Origin: a virus
Taxonomy: Duplodnaviria; Caudoviricetes
Virus record (IMG/VR): IMGVR_UViG_3300024251_000018
Location: 1 to 42,145 of that record
DNA: 42,145 bases
Strand: one strand, 5' to 3'
In this document: piece after piece, positions 26,072 through 34,940 of the stretch
Position numbering within the stretch: position 1 is the first letter of the stretch
Layout of the letters: each line of letters starts with the position of its first letter
The notes under the pieces: model-generated
The model's input: the letters and a program-made list of their open reading frames with translations, nothing else
Databases searched by the model: none
Told to the model about the DNA's origin: nothing
Program-made: the position numbers and the translations under genes

Positions 26072-26526
26072 CCCCTTGGGAAATAGCAAAACCAGGCAGC
26101 GAAAGTGCACATCAAAAGGCGCTATTCGCATGGTCGAATATGGCGCAACGCCACGGCTTTGAATTTGCTTGGGATGAAGAATGCTATCGCGGCAATTTTT
26201 TGAACAAACCTCAAACGCCAGTGCCAGAATTAAAATGGCTGTTTACAATTCCAAACGGCGGCGCGCGTGATCCTATCACGGCGGGACGCATGAAAGCGGA
26301 AGGCGTCAAGAAAGGCGTTGCTGATATATTTTTGCCACTTGTAAAATATGACAGCGGGGGAATGATTTACGCCGGACTATGGATAGAAATGAAAAAAGAA
26401 AAAGGGCGCTTAAGCAGCGAGCAAATTGAATTTGCAAATTTTGTTGGTTATCAAGGTTATCGTTTTGAAACTTGCTTTTCTTGGATTGAAGCCGCTCAAG
26501 CTATTGAAACCTACTTAAGTCAGTAA
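26068..26526 (+). CDS. VRR-NUC domain nuclease
   Basis: IPNGG..MKAEGVKKGVADI..IEMK..GRLSSEQ. Confidence 0.9.
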   Translation: MTPWEIAKPGSESAHQKALFAWSNMAQRHGFEFAWDEECYRGNFLNKPQTPVPELKWLFTIPNGGARDPITAGRMKAEGVKKGVADIFLPLVKYDSGGMIYAGLWIEMKKEKGRLSSEQIEFANFVGYQGYRFETCFSWIEAAQAIETYLSQ

Positions 26527-28759
26527 CCTGATAAATCAATGATCGTTTATCGAACCGATTTATCCCTTCCATCTTCGTCAATTCAATAATCTCACCATCC
26601 TCTTGCATAATACGCAGCGCATCCTTAACCGCCGCTGGCACCCCGCGTCTATCGCTCTTGAAAGCCTTGTTTCCGTTCAACCGAACGTTGAGACTATTGG
26701 TTGTAAATGCACCTTCTTTCAACATTTGATCGGTCAAATTATAATTCTCTGTCGCCGCTTGCCGCGTAAACCACAAGCGAAGTACATTGCGAATAATACC
26801 AATATGCTCCATCTGATTTCCCTCTTTCTTGACGGAAACCTCGCCAGATTTGAAGCGGAATAGCATATTGTTAATATCTCGCATAATCACGTCAATAGCC
26901 CATTGCGCATCCGCAACGCTCACCATTGGAAACAGGAAATTATTGCCCACAGCGACAAGCGCCGCCAGTCTAAGCGCCTTCATGTGGGCACGATTATAAA
27001 TTTCCTCGAATTTGCTATCTGGACTTGCGTTAATCGCATCGGATGTAAAACGATCAAACTCATCAAGCATATGTTCAGCTTGGCTTTCAAACTGCACAAT
27101 CTCAACGCGGCGACCGTCAACAATCTCGCGGCAATGTGTGGCTAATTCGACTAAGCGTTGCACCATCGCTTCGGACGGCTCGGCACGCGCAAAATCCTTT
27201 GCCAGATAAGTGCGGTCGCCGTCATATTGGAAAATCAAAAAGCGCGGCAAAAAACCATCGGCAATCAAGCTATCGTCAAGTACGTCGAAAAATCGTTCTG
27301 GCGTACTTTCGCCAATCATCGTGAAACAAGGCCTTTCAATCGTCACATGCTCTTTTTGCGATTTGGTCGAATAAGCTTTAGGCTTCATTGATCCTTCAAA
27401 GCCGGATTTATGATATAGATCAAGCAACATAGTTTTGAGATTAATTTCATGGCTAGGCGCGTTTGGATTACAAATTGCCGCAAGTCTATGACCGACTTCG
27501 CCCATGACACTAAGAAAGCAACTAGACCGTTCCAACCATCCCGCTAGACCGGCACCGGATGCCATGTCACTAGGACCAATATAATCTTCAATGTGCGGAA
27601 CTATTTTGGCCGCTTTGGAAATGATTTTGTTGATACCACTGGCCATTTGCTCTTTGCCTCGACCAGTGCGCGCAATGACAATGATGTAAAGATTAAGACC
27701 GGAGTTGCTGACATTATACGCCTGCCCACAGATGCCTGCCAGAAGTCCTATTGCGGCTGCCAAGGCAATATCGTGAACCGGGCGAGGGGCCTGCTTATAG
27801 ATAAAGTCGGCTATGTCGCCGATCAAGCCAGGGGGCCACGGTATCGGCTCTTGCGATGGTTTAAGGACCGCTTTGTCGGGTTTCTTGAGCATCGCGGCCA
27901 ATTGTGTTTGGACGGCGCTCAGGTCGATAGGGGGTAACTTTTGGTCAAAGCTTTTATGAATTGTGTTGCGCAGATAGCTGGGATGCTTCCATGCTTTTTC
28001 ACGTTGACCTAAAGGACTTGCGAGAAAGACACGGGCAACTTGCGTTTTGCTGTCTGTGTAGAACGATAACATGTTAATATAAGCTTGATCGGCTTCGCTT
28101 TGTGACGGATAGCCGGTTATATCGCCAGCGTTTAGCCGGTTGAACTTTTCTTGATTTTTAGCTGAAGCTGCGACTTTTATAATTTCGTCATCTTCGCGGA
28201 TTTGTTCGCCATCTTCGGTTTCAAAATACGGATTAGGTTGTTGACCGGAACTCATTTCATTCCAAAGAATATCAAGGTTATCCTGACAATCTATAATTGG
28301 AATATCGCGTACAATGTCGCCGGTCATGGTAAAATATCTGCCTGAACTGTAACATTCGACAGACATTCGCCTACGGCCAGTTAACAATGAGCCTTTGCAA
28401 ATGATATGATAACCTTGTCCGCTTGGACTGCGTTCGCTGTAGCTTGGAAAAGCATTCCAAACTTTATCGCGCAATTGTTCTTCTGCTATATTTTTAGGAA
28501 CATCAATATCAATGCCTGCGTAACCGTCTTGCTCGGTAAAGACGAAACCTAGCCCGTTATATAAATCTGTTGTGCGTAATAGATTGACGGCTTCGCCATA
28601 GCTGCACCAATCGGCCGGATTAAGAACTGATGCTTTTTTATTGAATTTTGTGTAAAGAGGCTTAGTAGGTTTCGTGCCGCCTCTATCTTCTAATTTCCAA
28701 AGGCAAAATTGATTGAGCGCGCGAAGCTCTAGCGGGATATTGTCATATAGGTCTGTCAC
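26501..28759 (-). CDS. NrS-1-like primase-polymerase (AEP plus helix-bundle domain) fused to a DUF3987-type helicase
   Basis: GLGFVF..GIDID (DxD), YSERSPSGQGYHI, ECYSSGRYFTMTG, YPSQSEAD; P-loop ARTGRGKE; DGFLPRF. Confidence 0.88.
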   Translation of the reverse strand: MTDLYDNIPLELRALNQFCLWKLEDRGGTKPTKPLYTKFNKKASVLNPADWCSYGEAVNLLRTTDLYNGLGFVFTEQDGYAGIDIDVPKNIAEEQLRDKVWNAFPSYSERSPSGQGYHIICKGSLLTGRRRMSVECYSSGRYFTMTGDIVRDIPIIDCQDNLDILWNEMSSGQQPNPYFETEDGEQIREDDEIIKVAASAKNQEKFNRLNAGDITGYPSQSEADQAYINMLSFYTDSKTQVARVFLASPLGQREKAWKHPSYLRNTIHKSFDQKLPPIDLSAVQTQLAAMLKKPDKAVLKPSQEPIPWPPGLIGDIADFIYKQAPRPVHDIALAAAIGLLAGICGQAYNVSNSGLNLYIIVIARTGRGKEQMASGINKIISKAAKIVPHIEDYIGPSDMASGAGLAGWLERSSCFLSVMGEVGHRLAAICNPNAPSHEINLKTMLLDLYHKSGFEGSMKPKAYSTKSQKEHVTIERPCFTMIGESTPERFFDVLDDSLIADGFLPRFLIFQYDGDRTYLAKDFARAEPSEAMVQRLVELATHCREIVDGRRVEIVQFESQAEHMLDEFDRFTSDAINASPDSKFEEIYNRAHMKALRLAALVAVGNNFLFPMVSVADAQWAIDVIMRDINNMLFRFKSGEVSVKKEGNQMEHIGIIRNVLRLWFTRQAATENYNLTDQMLKEGAFTTNSLNVRLNGNKAFKSDRRGVPAAVKDALRIMQEDGEIIELTKMEGINRFDKRSLIYQVTDLSRFQ

Positions 28760-28762
28760 ACT

Positions 28763-28972
28763 TCACGCCTCTTTTGAGGCAAGAAAATCATGGAGTGCCT
28801 GGACCTTATTCACACTAGGCTCTTTTATCAAGCCGGTGCGGAGCTTCGTGATCCACGCTCCATCCACCCCGATAGCCTCAGCCATAGCTGCGAAGCTGAT
28901 ATCCCTGTGGGCATGGTTTACCAGATAGAGGGTGCGCGATAGGAGGTCTGCACTAGGGTTTGTGTCAAGCAT
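28763..28972 (-). CDS. Small HTH DNA-binding protein
   Basis: Start refined to MLDTNPS; AAMAEAIGVDGAWITKLRTG..EPSVNKVQAL is an XRE/Cro-like HTH; upstream of the primase. Confidence 0.75.
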   Translation of the reverse strand: MLDTNPSADLLSRTLYLVNHAHRDISFAAMAEAIGVDGAWITKLRTGLIKEPSVNKVQALHDFLASKEA

Positions 28973-29044
28973 GTTGTGCCTTTTGGAACGAGTTGTGCTA
29001 TCGTACCTTATGCAAGCGAGTGGCACAAGGGGCAAAATTATTGC

Positions 29045-29073
29045 TTGACACCCCTTTTCCAGCCCTTTATGAG
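29045..29073 (+). promoter_or_regulatory. Sigma70-like promoter candidate for the rightward replication operon
   Basis: TTGACA-N17-TATGAG, followed by the CAACGGGAGA leader. Confidence 0.55.
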
Positions 29074-29101
29074 GAATGTTGAACGCAACGGGAGAAAACT
29101 C

Positions 29102-29317
29102 ATGCATAATAAGGTAGTGAAAATAGTCGGCATACCTGGAATGTGCAGCGACGATGGCCGCGCACTAACCTACGGTTATAACCTATATCTCAATAATTAT
29201 GGCGGTCGCGGTTTTTATGAAAACGCGCGTTATTTTGGTGGCGATGATGGAAACATTAAGGCTCGCGAATATGCCGAAACTAATGGTTATCGCATCGAAT
29301 TGGAGGCCGTGACATGA
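29102..29317 (+). CDS. Hypothetical protein (71 aa)
   Basis: Start refined to MHNKVVK behind GGGAGA. Confidence 0.65.
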   Translation: MHNKVVKIVGIPGMCSDDGRALTYGYNLYLNNYGGRGFYENARYFGGDDGNIKAREYAETNGYRIELEAVT

Positions 29318-30891
29318 CCAAACTCTATTCCTTCAAAGACCACCCTGAACATGAAGCCCGTCTCCCAGAATGGCGAGATAAATGGATCGCTAACGTAATG
29401 TCCACTTCTGCGATGACGGAAGCCGACCGCGAAATTTGCCGCGAAGCTGTAATTGGCCTTTATGCGGCGGCTAATTTGCCGCCCCCAAAAAATATTGTTT
29501 TCGTGCCTTCGCCATTTGTTTTAGCTTTCGCAGGTGGTTTTTCAGCGGCAATTTGGTATTGTCGAAAAAAAGGTTACAATGCGACGCGCAATGCGACGGA
29601 CAATGCGACGCGCAATGCGACGCGCAATGCGACGCGCAATGCGACGGACAATGCGACGCGCAATGCGACGCACGATGCGACGTACAATGCGACGGACAAT
29701 GCGACGCGCAATGCGACGCGCAATGCGACGCGCAATGCGACGCACATTGCGACGCGCAATGCGACGGACAATGCGACGTACATTGCGACGCGCAATGCGA
29801 CGGACAATGCGACGCACATTGCGACGTACAATGCGACGTACATTGCGACGCACAATGCGACGCACATTGCGACGCACGATGCGACGTACAATGCGACGTA
29901 CAATGCGACGCACATTGCGACGCGCAATGCGACGCTCAATGCGACGGACATTGCGACGCACAATGCGACGGACAATGCGACGCGCAATGCGACGCTCAAT
30001 GCGACGTACAATGCGACGCGCAATGCGACGCTCAATGCGACGGACAGTGCGACGCGCAATGCGACGCTCAATGCGACGGACAGTGCGACGGACAGTGCGA
30101 CGCGCAATGCGACGCGCAATGCGACGGACAATGTTGATTTTTCCAAATGGTATTTATTTTTCGAAAATCCGCAAGAAATTGCCCATAGTTTTGAAATTGG
30201 CAATTTTGGATTAAATTGTGCAAAAAATGTAAAAAATATGTGGCAAGGTGGAAATCAATGGTCCGCTTGGGATAGCTATTTATCGTTTTTTAGAGAAGTT
30301 GCCAAACTCGACATAGATTATTCCAAATACAAACATTGGCAAACACTTAGCGAGCATTCAGGACCGCGCGTTATGCACCACGAGTTTTGTATGATTTCCG
30401 ACCGGCCTTGCATTTTGACGGTTGATAATCAAAACCGCCCCCATAACGAAAAAGGTCCGTTTTGCAAATGGCGTGACGGAAGCGCGCTTTATGCTTGGCA
30501 TGGCACTTATATACCGGCCGAATGGATTGAACATCGCGAAACTATCGATCCGATGAAAATTTTAAAAAGCAAAAACGTCGAAGAACGCGCAGCCGGAATT
30601 GCAATTTTAGGGGCTAGAATGATCCCTGCACTTATTGAGCAAAAGCGAGCAAAATGGATTGACAATAGCGGCTCGTCGGATATCGGAAAGCTACTTGAAA
30701 TCAAATTGCCGGAACTGGCGCAACCAGGACGCTATTTAGTTGCAAGTTGTCCGCGCAATGGCGAAATTATGGAAGGTGTACCGATGATATCTGATATTGA
30801 CGGTTTGCCAATTGATACCGCAATAGCCGCTCAAGCTTGGAGGATTGGCGATCCTCAAAGCGAATATGTTCATGCGCCAGTTAGGACTTGA
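29314..30891 (+). CDS. DUF6745-like protein with 46 tetrapeptide repeats
   Basis: N-terminal WRDKW..ST..ADRE..LYAAANLPPP..FVPSP; C-terminal SDRP..DNQNRPHNEKGP..WRDGSALYAWHG..NVEER. Confidence 0.8.
   Translation: MTKLYSFKDHPEHEARLPEWRDKWIANVMSTSAMTEADREICREAVIGLYAAANLPPPKNIVFVPSPFVLAFAGGFSAAIWYCRKKGYNATRNATDNATRNATRNATRNATDNATRNATHDATYNATDNATRNATRNATRNATHIATRNATDNATYIATRNATDNATHIATYNATYIATHNATHIATHDATYNATYNATHIATRNATLNATDIATHNATDNATRNATLNATYNATRNATLNATDSATRNATLNATDSATDSATRNATRNATDNVDFSKWYLFFENPQEIAHSFEIGNFGLNCAKNVKNMWQGGNQWSAWDSYLSFFREVAKLDIDYSKYKHWQTLSEHSGPRVMHHEFCMISDRPCILTVDNQNRPHNEKGPFCKWRDGSALYAWHGTYIPAEWIEHRETIDPMKILKSKNVEERAAGIAILGARMIPALIEQKRAKWIDNSGSSDIGKLLEIKLPELAQPGRYLVASCPRNGEIMEGVPMISDIDGLPIDTAIAAQAWRIGDPQSEYVHAPVRT
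29578..30129 (+). repeat. 12-bp tandem repeat x46, consensus AAT GCG ACG NNC
   Basis: Invariant GCGACG core every 12 bp; first codon AAT/ATT/GAT/AGT, last codon CGC/GAC/CAC/TAC/CTC. Confidence 0.97.
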
Positions 30892-30894
30892 ACA

Positions 30895-31095
30895 ATGTCA
30901 AATTTACCAGAAAGGGCGACGCTTGAAGAAAGTCTGCATATGGCGGATAATGCTTTCGAAATTTTGCTTGAAGCGTTGCGTTTTGCAGACGATGCCGTTG
31001 CGCACGGCGAAGGTATCGGCCTTATGAGTTATTGCCGCAACTATGAACCAAATCACCCGTCCGTTAAAATATTAAGTGAATTTTTGAAAGGATAA
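30895..31095 (+). CDS. Hypothetical protein
   Basis: 66 aa; AGGA RBS. Confidence 0.6.
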   Translation: MSNLPERATLEESLHMADNAFEILLEALRFADDAVAHGEGIGLMSYCRNYEPNHPSVKILSEFLKG

Positions 31096-31100
31096 TTATT

Positions 31101-31448
31101 ATGAAAAGAGTTATAGGTTGCCAAGGCGAAATCACCATAATTCAAATCGACGCTATCCCTGAAGGCATCGAAACCCGTAAGGTTGAAAAAACCAATAAAG
31201 GTTGGATTATCAGCCACAGCGAAAGCGGTCATCATCACATCCTTACGGGCGGCGAAGTTATGGAGCGCACTAATGATGTTCCCGCTGGAATGGGAATGCT
31301 CTATGCGCTTCTAACTGAACATGCGTCACTCATTCAGGACGCACAAGTTCCGCACGGCGGATTTGATTTGACCCCTGGCGCTTACATGTTCAAAATCTCA
31401 CGCGAATACGATCCTTTCGAGGAGCAAATTCGCAGGGTTGCTGACTAA
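31101..31448 (+). CDS. His-rich small protein of the type usually found next to DUF6745 genes
   Basis: QGEI..HSESGHHH..H..LTPGAY..REYDP..RRVAD. Confidence 0.8.
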   Translation: MKRVIGCQGEITIIQIDAIPEGIETRKVEKTNKGWIISHSESGHHHILTGGEVMERTNDVPAGMGMLYALLTEHASLIQDAQVPHGGFDLTPGAYMFKISREYDPFEEQIRRVAD

Positions 31449-31876
31449 TGCTTACGCTAGAACAAAATATCAAATTGCAAAGTTTGATGGCTTTGCAAAT
31501 CCAATTGGCAACGGTCAAAGCTGAGGAAGCTGAATTGCGTCGCGCGTTAGGGGAGGAACTTTTTCCAAACCCGCGCGACGGCGTAAATAACCTTGAACTT
31601 GGCAACGGCTGGATAGCCAAATTCACGCCGACGACAAATTATAAGCTGGATACGGACCGCGACAAGGTTGCGGCGATTGAAACTGCTATTGCCAATGTTG
31701 GCAATGAAGGTTCGTTTCTGGCCGACCGTTTAATTAAGTGGAAACCGGAATTGTCGGTTGCGGAATACAAGAAACTCGAAGGCGAAAGCGGTGTGCAGAT
31801 CAAAGCACTTGTTGATAGTGTTTTGACGACTACGCCGGGAATACCTAAATTTGTTGTGGAAGGGCCGAAAGCATGA
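31448..31876 (+). CDS. Conserved phage protein in the recombination module
   Basis: Coiled N-terminus; FPNPRDGVNNLELGNGW..IKWKPELSVAEYKKL. Confidence 0.7.
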   Translation: MLTLEQNIKLQSLMALQIQLATVKAEEAELRRALGEELFPNPRDGVNNLELGNGWIAKFTPTTNYKLDTDRDKVAAIETAIANVGNEGSFLADRLIKWKPELSVAEYKKLEGESGVQIKALVDSVLTTTPGIPKFVVEGPKA

Positions 31877-32046
31877 AAACTAAGTTGCGCGTAATAGATG
31901 ACTCTCATTCTTGGGATATTGCTTATGGTAAAACCTCTATGCGCAAACTTATTCCAATCGGTCGCATGGGCCTTTCTATCACCGAAAAGCGAAAGGGCGA
32001 TTGGTATTGGTCTAGCTTTGAAAGAAAGTGGAAGGTGGTTGAGTGA
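31873..32046 (+). CDS. Hypothetical protein (57 aa)
   Basis: Begins MKTKLRVID; ATGA and GTGA overlaps; not in the ORF track. Confidence 0.55.
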   Translation: MKTKLRVIDDSHSWDIAYGKTSMRKLIPIGRMGLSITEKRKGDWYWSSFERKWKVVE

Positions 32047-32864
32047 ATTATAAAACCCAAATAATAGCCACCCCTAAACCAATAGGCCAGATTATCACAA
32101 TCGCAGGCCCGGAAGGTTCAGGCAAAACCACGCTGCTAAAGGACGCGCCGCGACGACTATTTGTTCCCACAGAGACGGGAGGCAGCATTGCTAATGCAAT
32201 GCCACTGATCGAAACTTGGGAGGGGATTAACGCGCTTATTGACGATATCACGACCGACGCGCAAAAAGGTCAATTCCGATATAGCGCGATATCCTGGGAT
32301 AGCGTTACAGCAATGGAACGATTACTTTTCGATTGGACCGTTCGCACGGACCCTGCTTATAAGAACAAGCCAGGATTGAATATGGCAACTGCACACGGCG
32401 GATACGGAAAATCCTATGGAGTTGCCTTCGAGGAATTTACACGCTTCATTAACAAATGTGACATTCTCGCGCGGTATGGCGGCGTTCATCATATATTTGC
32501 TTGTCATACTTTTGTCGATAGGGTTATTGACACTGAGGCAGGTGAATACGATAGACAATTGCTCCAATTATATTCTCCGCGCAACGGTAAAAGTTATGGT
32601 CAACGTGAACTGATAATGCAGCGCAGCGACCTCGTAGGTATAATTTACGATCCAATTGTCATTAGCAAAGGCGACAAAGCTGTTCTAGCAACGAGCCTTA
32701 ATAGAGGGAGAATGTTAGCGGTTGATGCTTCACCGGCTTTTGCTGCGAAAAATAGGTTTAATATAAATGCTCCGATATCAATCCCTAAAGAGGGAGGATG
32801 GAATAGCATAGCTAAAGCAATTTACGATAATTGCGGAATTGACGTTTACAATAGAGGAGTTTAA
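32043..32864 (+). CDS. Sak4-like / AAA_24 ATPase (single-strand annealing recombinase)
   Basis: Walker A GPEGSGKT, Walker B WDS, GGYGKSY, PAFAAKNRF. Confidence 0.85.
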   Translation: MNYKTQIIATPKPIGQIITIAGPEGSGKTTLLKDAPRRLFVPTETGGSIANAMPLIETWEGINALIDDITTDAQKGQFRYSAISWDSVTAMERLLFDWTVRTDPAYKNKPGLNMATAHGGYGKSYGVAFEEFTRFINKCDILARYGGVHHIFACHTFVDRVIDTEAGEYDRQLLQLYSPRNGKSYGQRELIMQRSDLVGIIYDPIVISKGDKAVLATSLNRGRMLAVDASPAFAAKNRFNINAPISIPKEGGWNSIAKAIYDNCGIDVYNRGV

Positions 32865-32866
32865 TC

Positions 32867-33514
32867 ATGCCGAGCTTTCAATTTGACGCATCCCAACATC
32901 GCCCAGAATATGGCGGCGGCGGCTTTCTCCCTGTGGGCAAGCATCCGGTTATGATTGTTGAAACCGAGTTGAAGCCGACGAAGGACACGCACGGTGGCTA
33001 TCTCGCTTTGACAATGGAGGCTGTTGACGGTCCGGCGAAGGGAACAAAACACACAGATCGCCTTAACCTTCATAATTCAAATACAATGACGGTTGAAATC
33101 GCCAATAAGCAGCTTTCTGCCTACTGTTATGTCACTGGCGTTTTCAAATTTGCAGACACAAATGAGCTTTGCCGCCGTCCGTTTGTTGTGGAAATTGCGC
33201 CGCAAAAGAACCGACCTGAATTGACCGAAGTTGTTGCCGTTTATACCAGCGACATGCGCAAGCCTGCGGAAGTGCTACAGTCGGGAAACGCGCCCGCGCA
33301 GTCGGCAGCGATCCCGCCTGCCCAGACTGCGGCCCCTTCACAAGCCATCCCTGCCCAAACGGATGCCCAGGCCAATACTGCGTCCCATTTTGAAGCCCCT
33401 AAAGCCGATGCGTGGGGCAACGCGAACGCAACGCCTTCGCCTGCTGCATCCGCTTGGACGGCTGGCAATGCTAATCCCAGCGTGCCGCCTCCATGGGGAC
33501 CATCTGCGTCCTAA
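32867..33514 (+). CDS. DUF669-type ssDNA-binding protein
   Basis: LPVGKH..GGYLAL..DRLNLHN..VEIA..L; Ala/Pro-rich tail ending PPPWG. Confidence 0.8.
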   Translation: MPSFQFDASQHRPEYGGGGFLPVGKHPVMIVETELKPTKDTHGGYLALTMEAVDGPAKGTKHTDRLNLHNSNTMTVEIANKQLSAYCYVTGVFKFADTNELCRRPFVVEIAPQKNRPELTEVVAVYTSDMRKPAEVLQSGNAPAQSAAIPPAQTAAPSQAIPAQTDAQANTASHFEAPKADAWGNANATPSPAASAWTAGNANPSVPPPWGPSAS

Positions 33515-33547
33515 TTGAGCGTTGCGGGGTCAGAGCCCGCGCCTCAA

Positions 33548-33631
33548 TCTAGCCGCGCAACGGGAATTGGAAGCGTCGATCCCCGTTGTTTCAGCCAGAG
33601 CGCTTACAGGTGTATGCGTTGCGCGGCTAGA
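33548..33631 (+). other. Intergenic 15-bp perfect inverted repeat (structured RNA candidate)
   Basis: TCTAGCCGCGCAACG 33548-33562 pairs with CGTTGCGCGGCTAGA 33617-33631. Confidence 0.8.
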
Positions 33632-33645
33632 CTAAGGAGTTTCAA

Positions 33646-34446
33646 TTGGACACCGTTAAACTTAAATTCGATATTGACGCCGCTTGCGTTGAACATTTCC
33701 GCGAAGGCCACCGCTGGCACATGGGCGCATCGATAATTGGTCATGAATGCGAGCGTTATATTTGGAGTACATTTCGTTGGTTAAAAGCTGAAGAATTTAA
33801 CGGGCGTATGTATCGGTTATTTGAGCGCGGGCAATTGGAGGAAAATCGGTTTGTAAAGTCACTTTCTCTCGCGGGCATTAATGTACAAGAATATGATCCT
33901 ACGACCGGCAAACAATATCGAGTATCTGCCCACAATGAACATTTCGGAGGCTCGCTTGACGGCATCGGCACAGCCGGTTTCCTTGTCGAGTTCAAAACCC
34001 ACGGTGAAAGATCCTTCATCGATCTAACCAAGCATGGTGTAGCTCACAGTAAACCTCAACACGTCGCGCAAATGCAAACATATGGACCATTTTATAACTT
34101 GGACTACGGCCTATATTGCGCAGTTAATAAAAATACAGACGAATTTCATTTTGAATGGCTTCGTCTAGATAGAACTGTCGGCGCTTTGCATGTCGAAAAA
34201 GCCGGACGCTTGATTTACAGCCAAATCGCGCCGCCTAAGATTAGCGAAACGCCGACCTTTTTTAAGTGTAAGTTTTGCCACTTTTCTGGGATTTGTCATA
34301 GCAATCATATACCAGATAAGAATTGTCGCAGTTGTAAATTTGCATCGCCTGTTGAAAATGGCGAGTGGTTTTGTTCAATGTTTGGGAACGATATACCTAG
34401 GGATTTTGTGCCTAAAGGTTGCCAAGAATGGGTTGCGATAGTATAG
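33646..34446 (+). CDS. Cas4/RecB-like PD-(D/E)XK exonuclease
   Basis: GASIIGHEC, GSLDG..EFKT, QMQTY, CKFCHFSGIC; TAAGGAG RBS with a TTG start. Confidence 0.85.
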   Translation: MDTVKLKFDIDAACVEHFREGHRWHMGASIIGHECERYIWSTFRWLKAEEFNGRMYRLFERGQLEENRFVKSLSLAGINVQEYDPTTGKQYRVSAHNEHFGGSLDGIGTAGFLVEFKTHGERSFIDLTKHGVAHSKPQHVAQMQTYGPFYNLDYGLYCAVNKNTDEFHFEWLRLDRTVGALHVEKAGRLIYSQIAPPKISETPTFFKCKFCHFSGICHSNHIPDKNCRSCKFASPVENGEWFCSMFGNDIPRDFVPKGCQEWVAIV

Positions 34447-34940
34447 TGGTAGGTCATCGTAATCTCTCTTGGCAAAAATTCGGACGTTTATTCGTCAAAG
34501 AATTTGCTTACTCTAAAAATAATCGCGGTTATTGGGTTTGCGAGTGTGAATGCGGAAATTTTAAAACGGTATGCGATAGCGAACTATTGAGAGGAAATGT
34601 TAAATCGTGCGGTTGCTATCGCAAGGATAGGCTAACGGTTCACGGTCATAATCGCCTGGATAGCGGCCCTTCTCCGACGCATAATAGCTGGCGAGGAATG
34701 CGCGAAAGATGCGACGATCCGAACAATATAAACTATCCTAGATATGGCGCTTTGGGCGTCACGGTGTTCCCACAATGGGCGCTTTTCGAGAATTTCCTAA
34801 GCGATATGGGAGAGCGACCGGCTGGGAAAACGCTAGATAGAATTAATCCGTTCGGTAATTACGAACCTTCAAATTGCCGATGGACAACCTATAAAGAACA
34901 GAGCGCAAATAAACGAGCAAACTATGACCCTTGCGCTTAG
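34446..34940 (+). CDS. HNH-type homing endonuclease
   Basis: WVCECECG, SCGC, WRGMRERC, TLDRINPFGNYEPSNCRW; GTG start overlaps the upstream TAG. Confidence 0.85.
   Translation: MVGHRNLSWQKFGRLFVKEFAYSKNNRGYWVCECECGNFKTVCDSELLRGNVKSCGCYRKDRLTVHGHNRLDSGPSPTHNSWRGMRERCDDPNNINYPRYGALGVTVFPQWALFENFLSDMGERPAGKTLDRINPFGNYEPSNCRWTTYKEQSANKRANYDPCA

Noticed and set aside
28763-28972. HTH gene as a lysogeny repressor
   Set aside because: No peptidase domain, integrase or partition genes; its position before the primase fits a replication-module HTH.
29578-30129. 12-bp array as a CRISPR array or DGR variable region
   Set aside because: There are no unique spacers and the array is in frame in a protein. 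No reverse transcriptase or template repeat is present, and the A of ACG never varies, unlike adenine-directed DGR mutagenesis.
29534-30214. Alternative-frame ORFs (MRRA, CDAQ, VALR and RRIV repeats)
   Set aside because: By-products of a stop-free 12-bp repeat; only the NAT frame connects to conserved flanking domains and an RBS.
33646-34446. Cas4-like gene as part of a CRISPR-Cas system
   Set aside because: No cas1/cas2 or array; the context is the Sak4-SSB-exonuclease recombination module.
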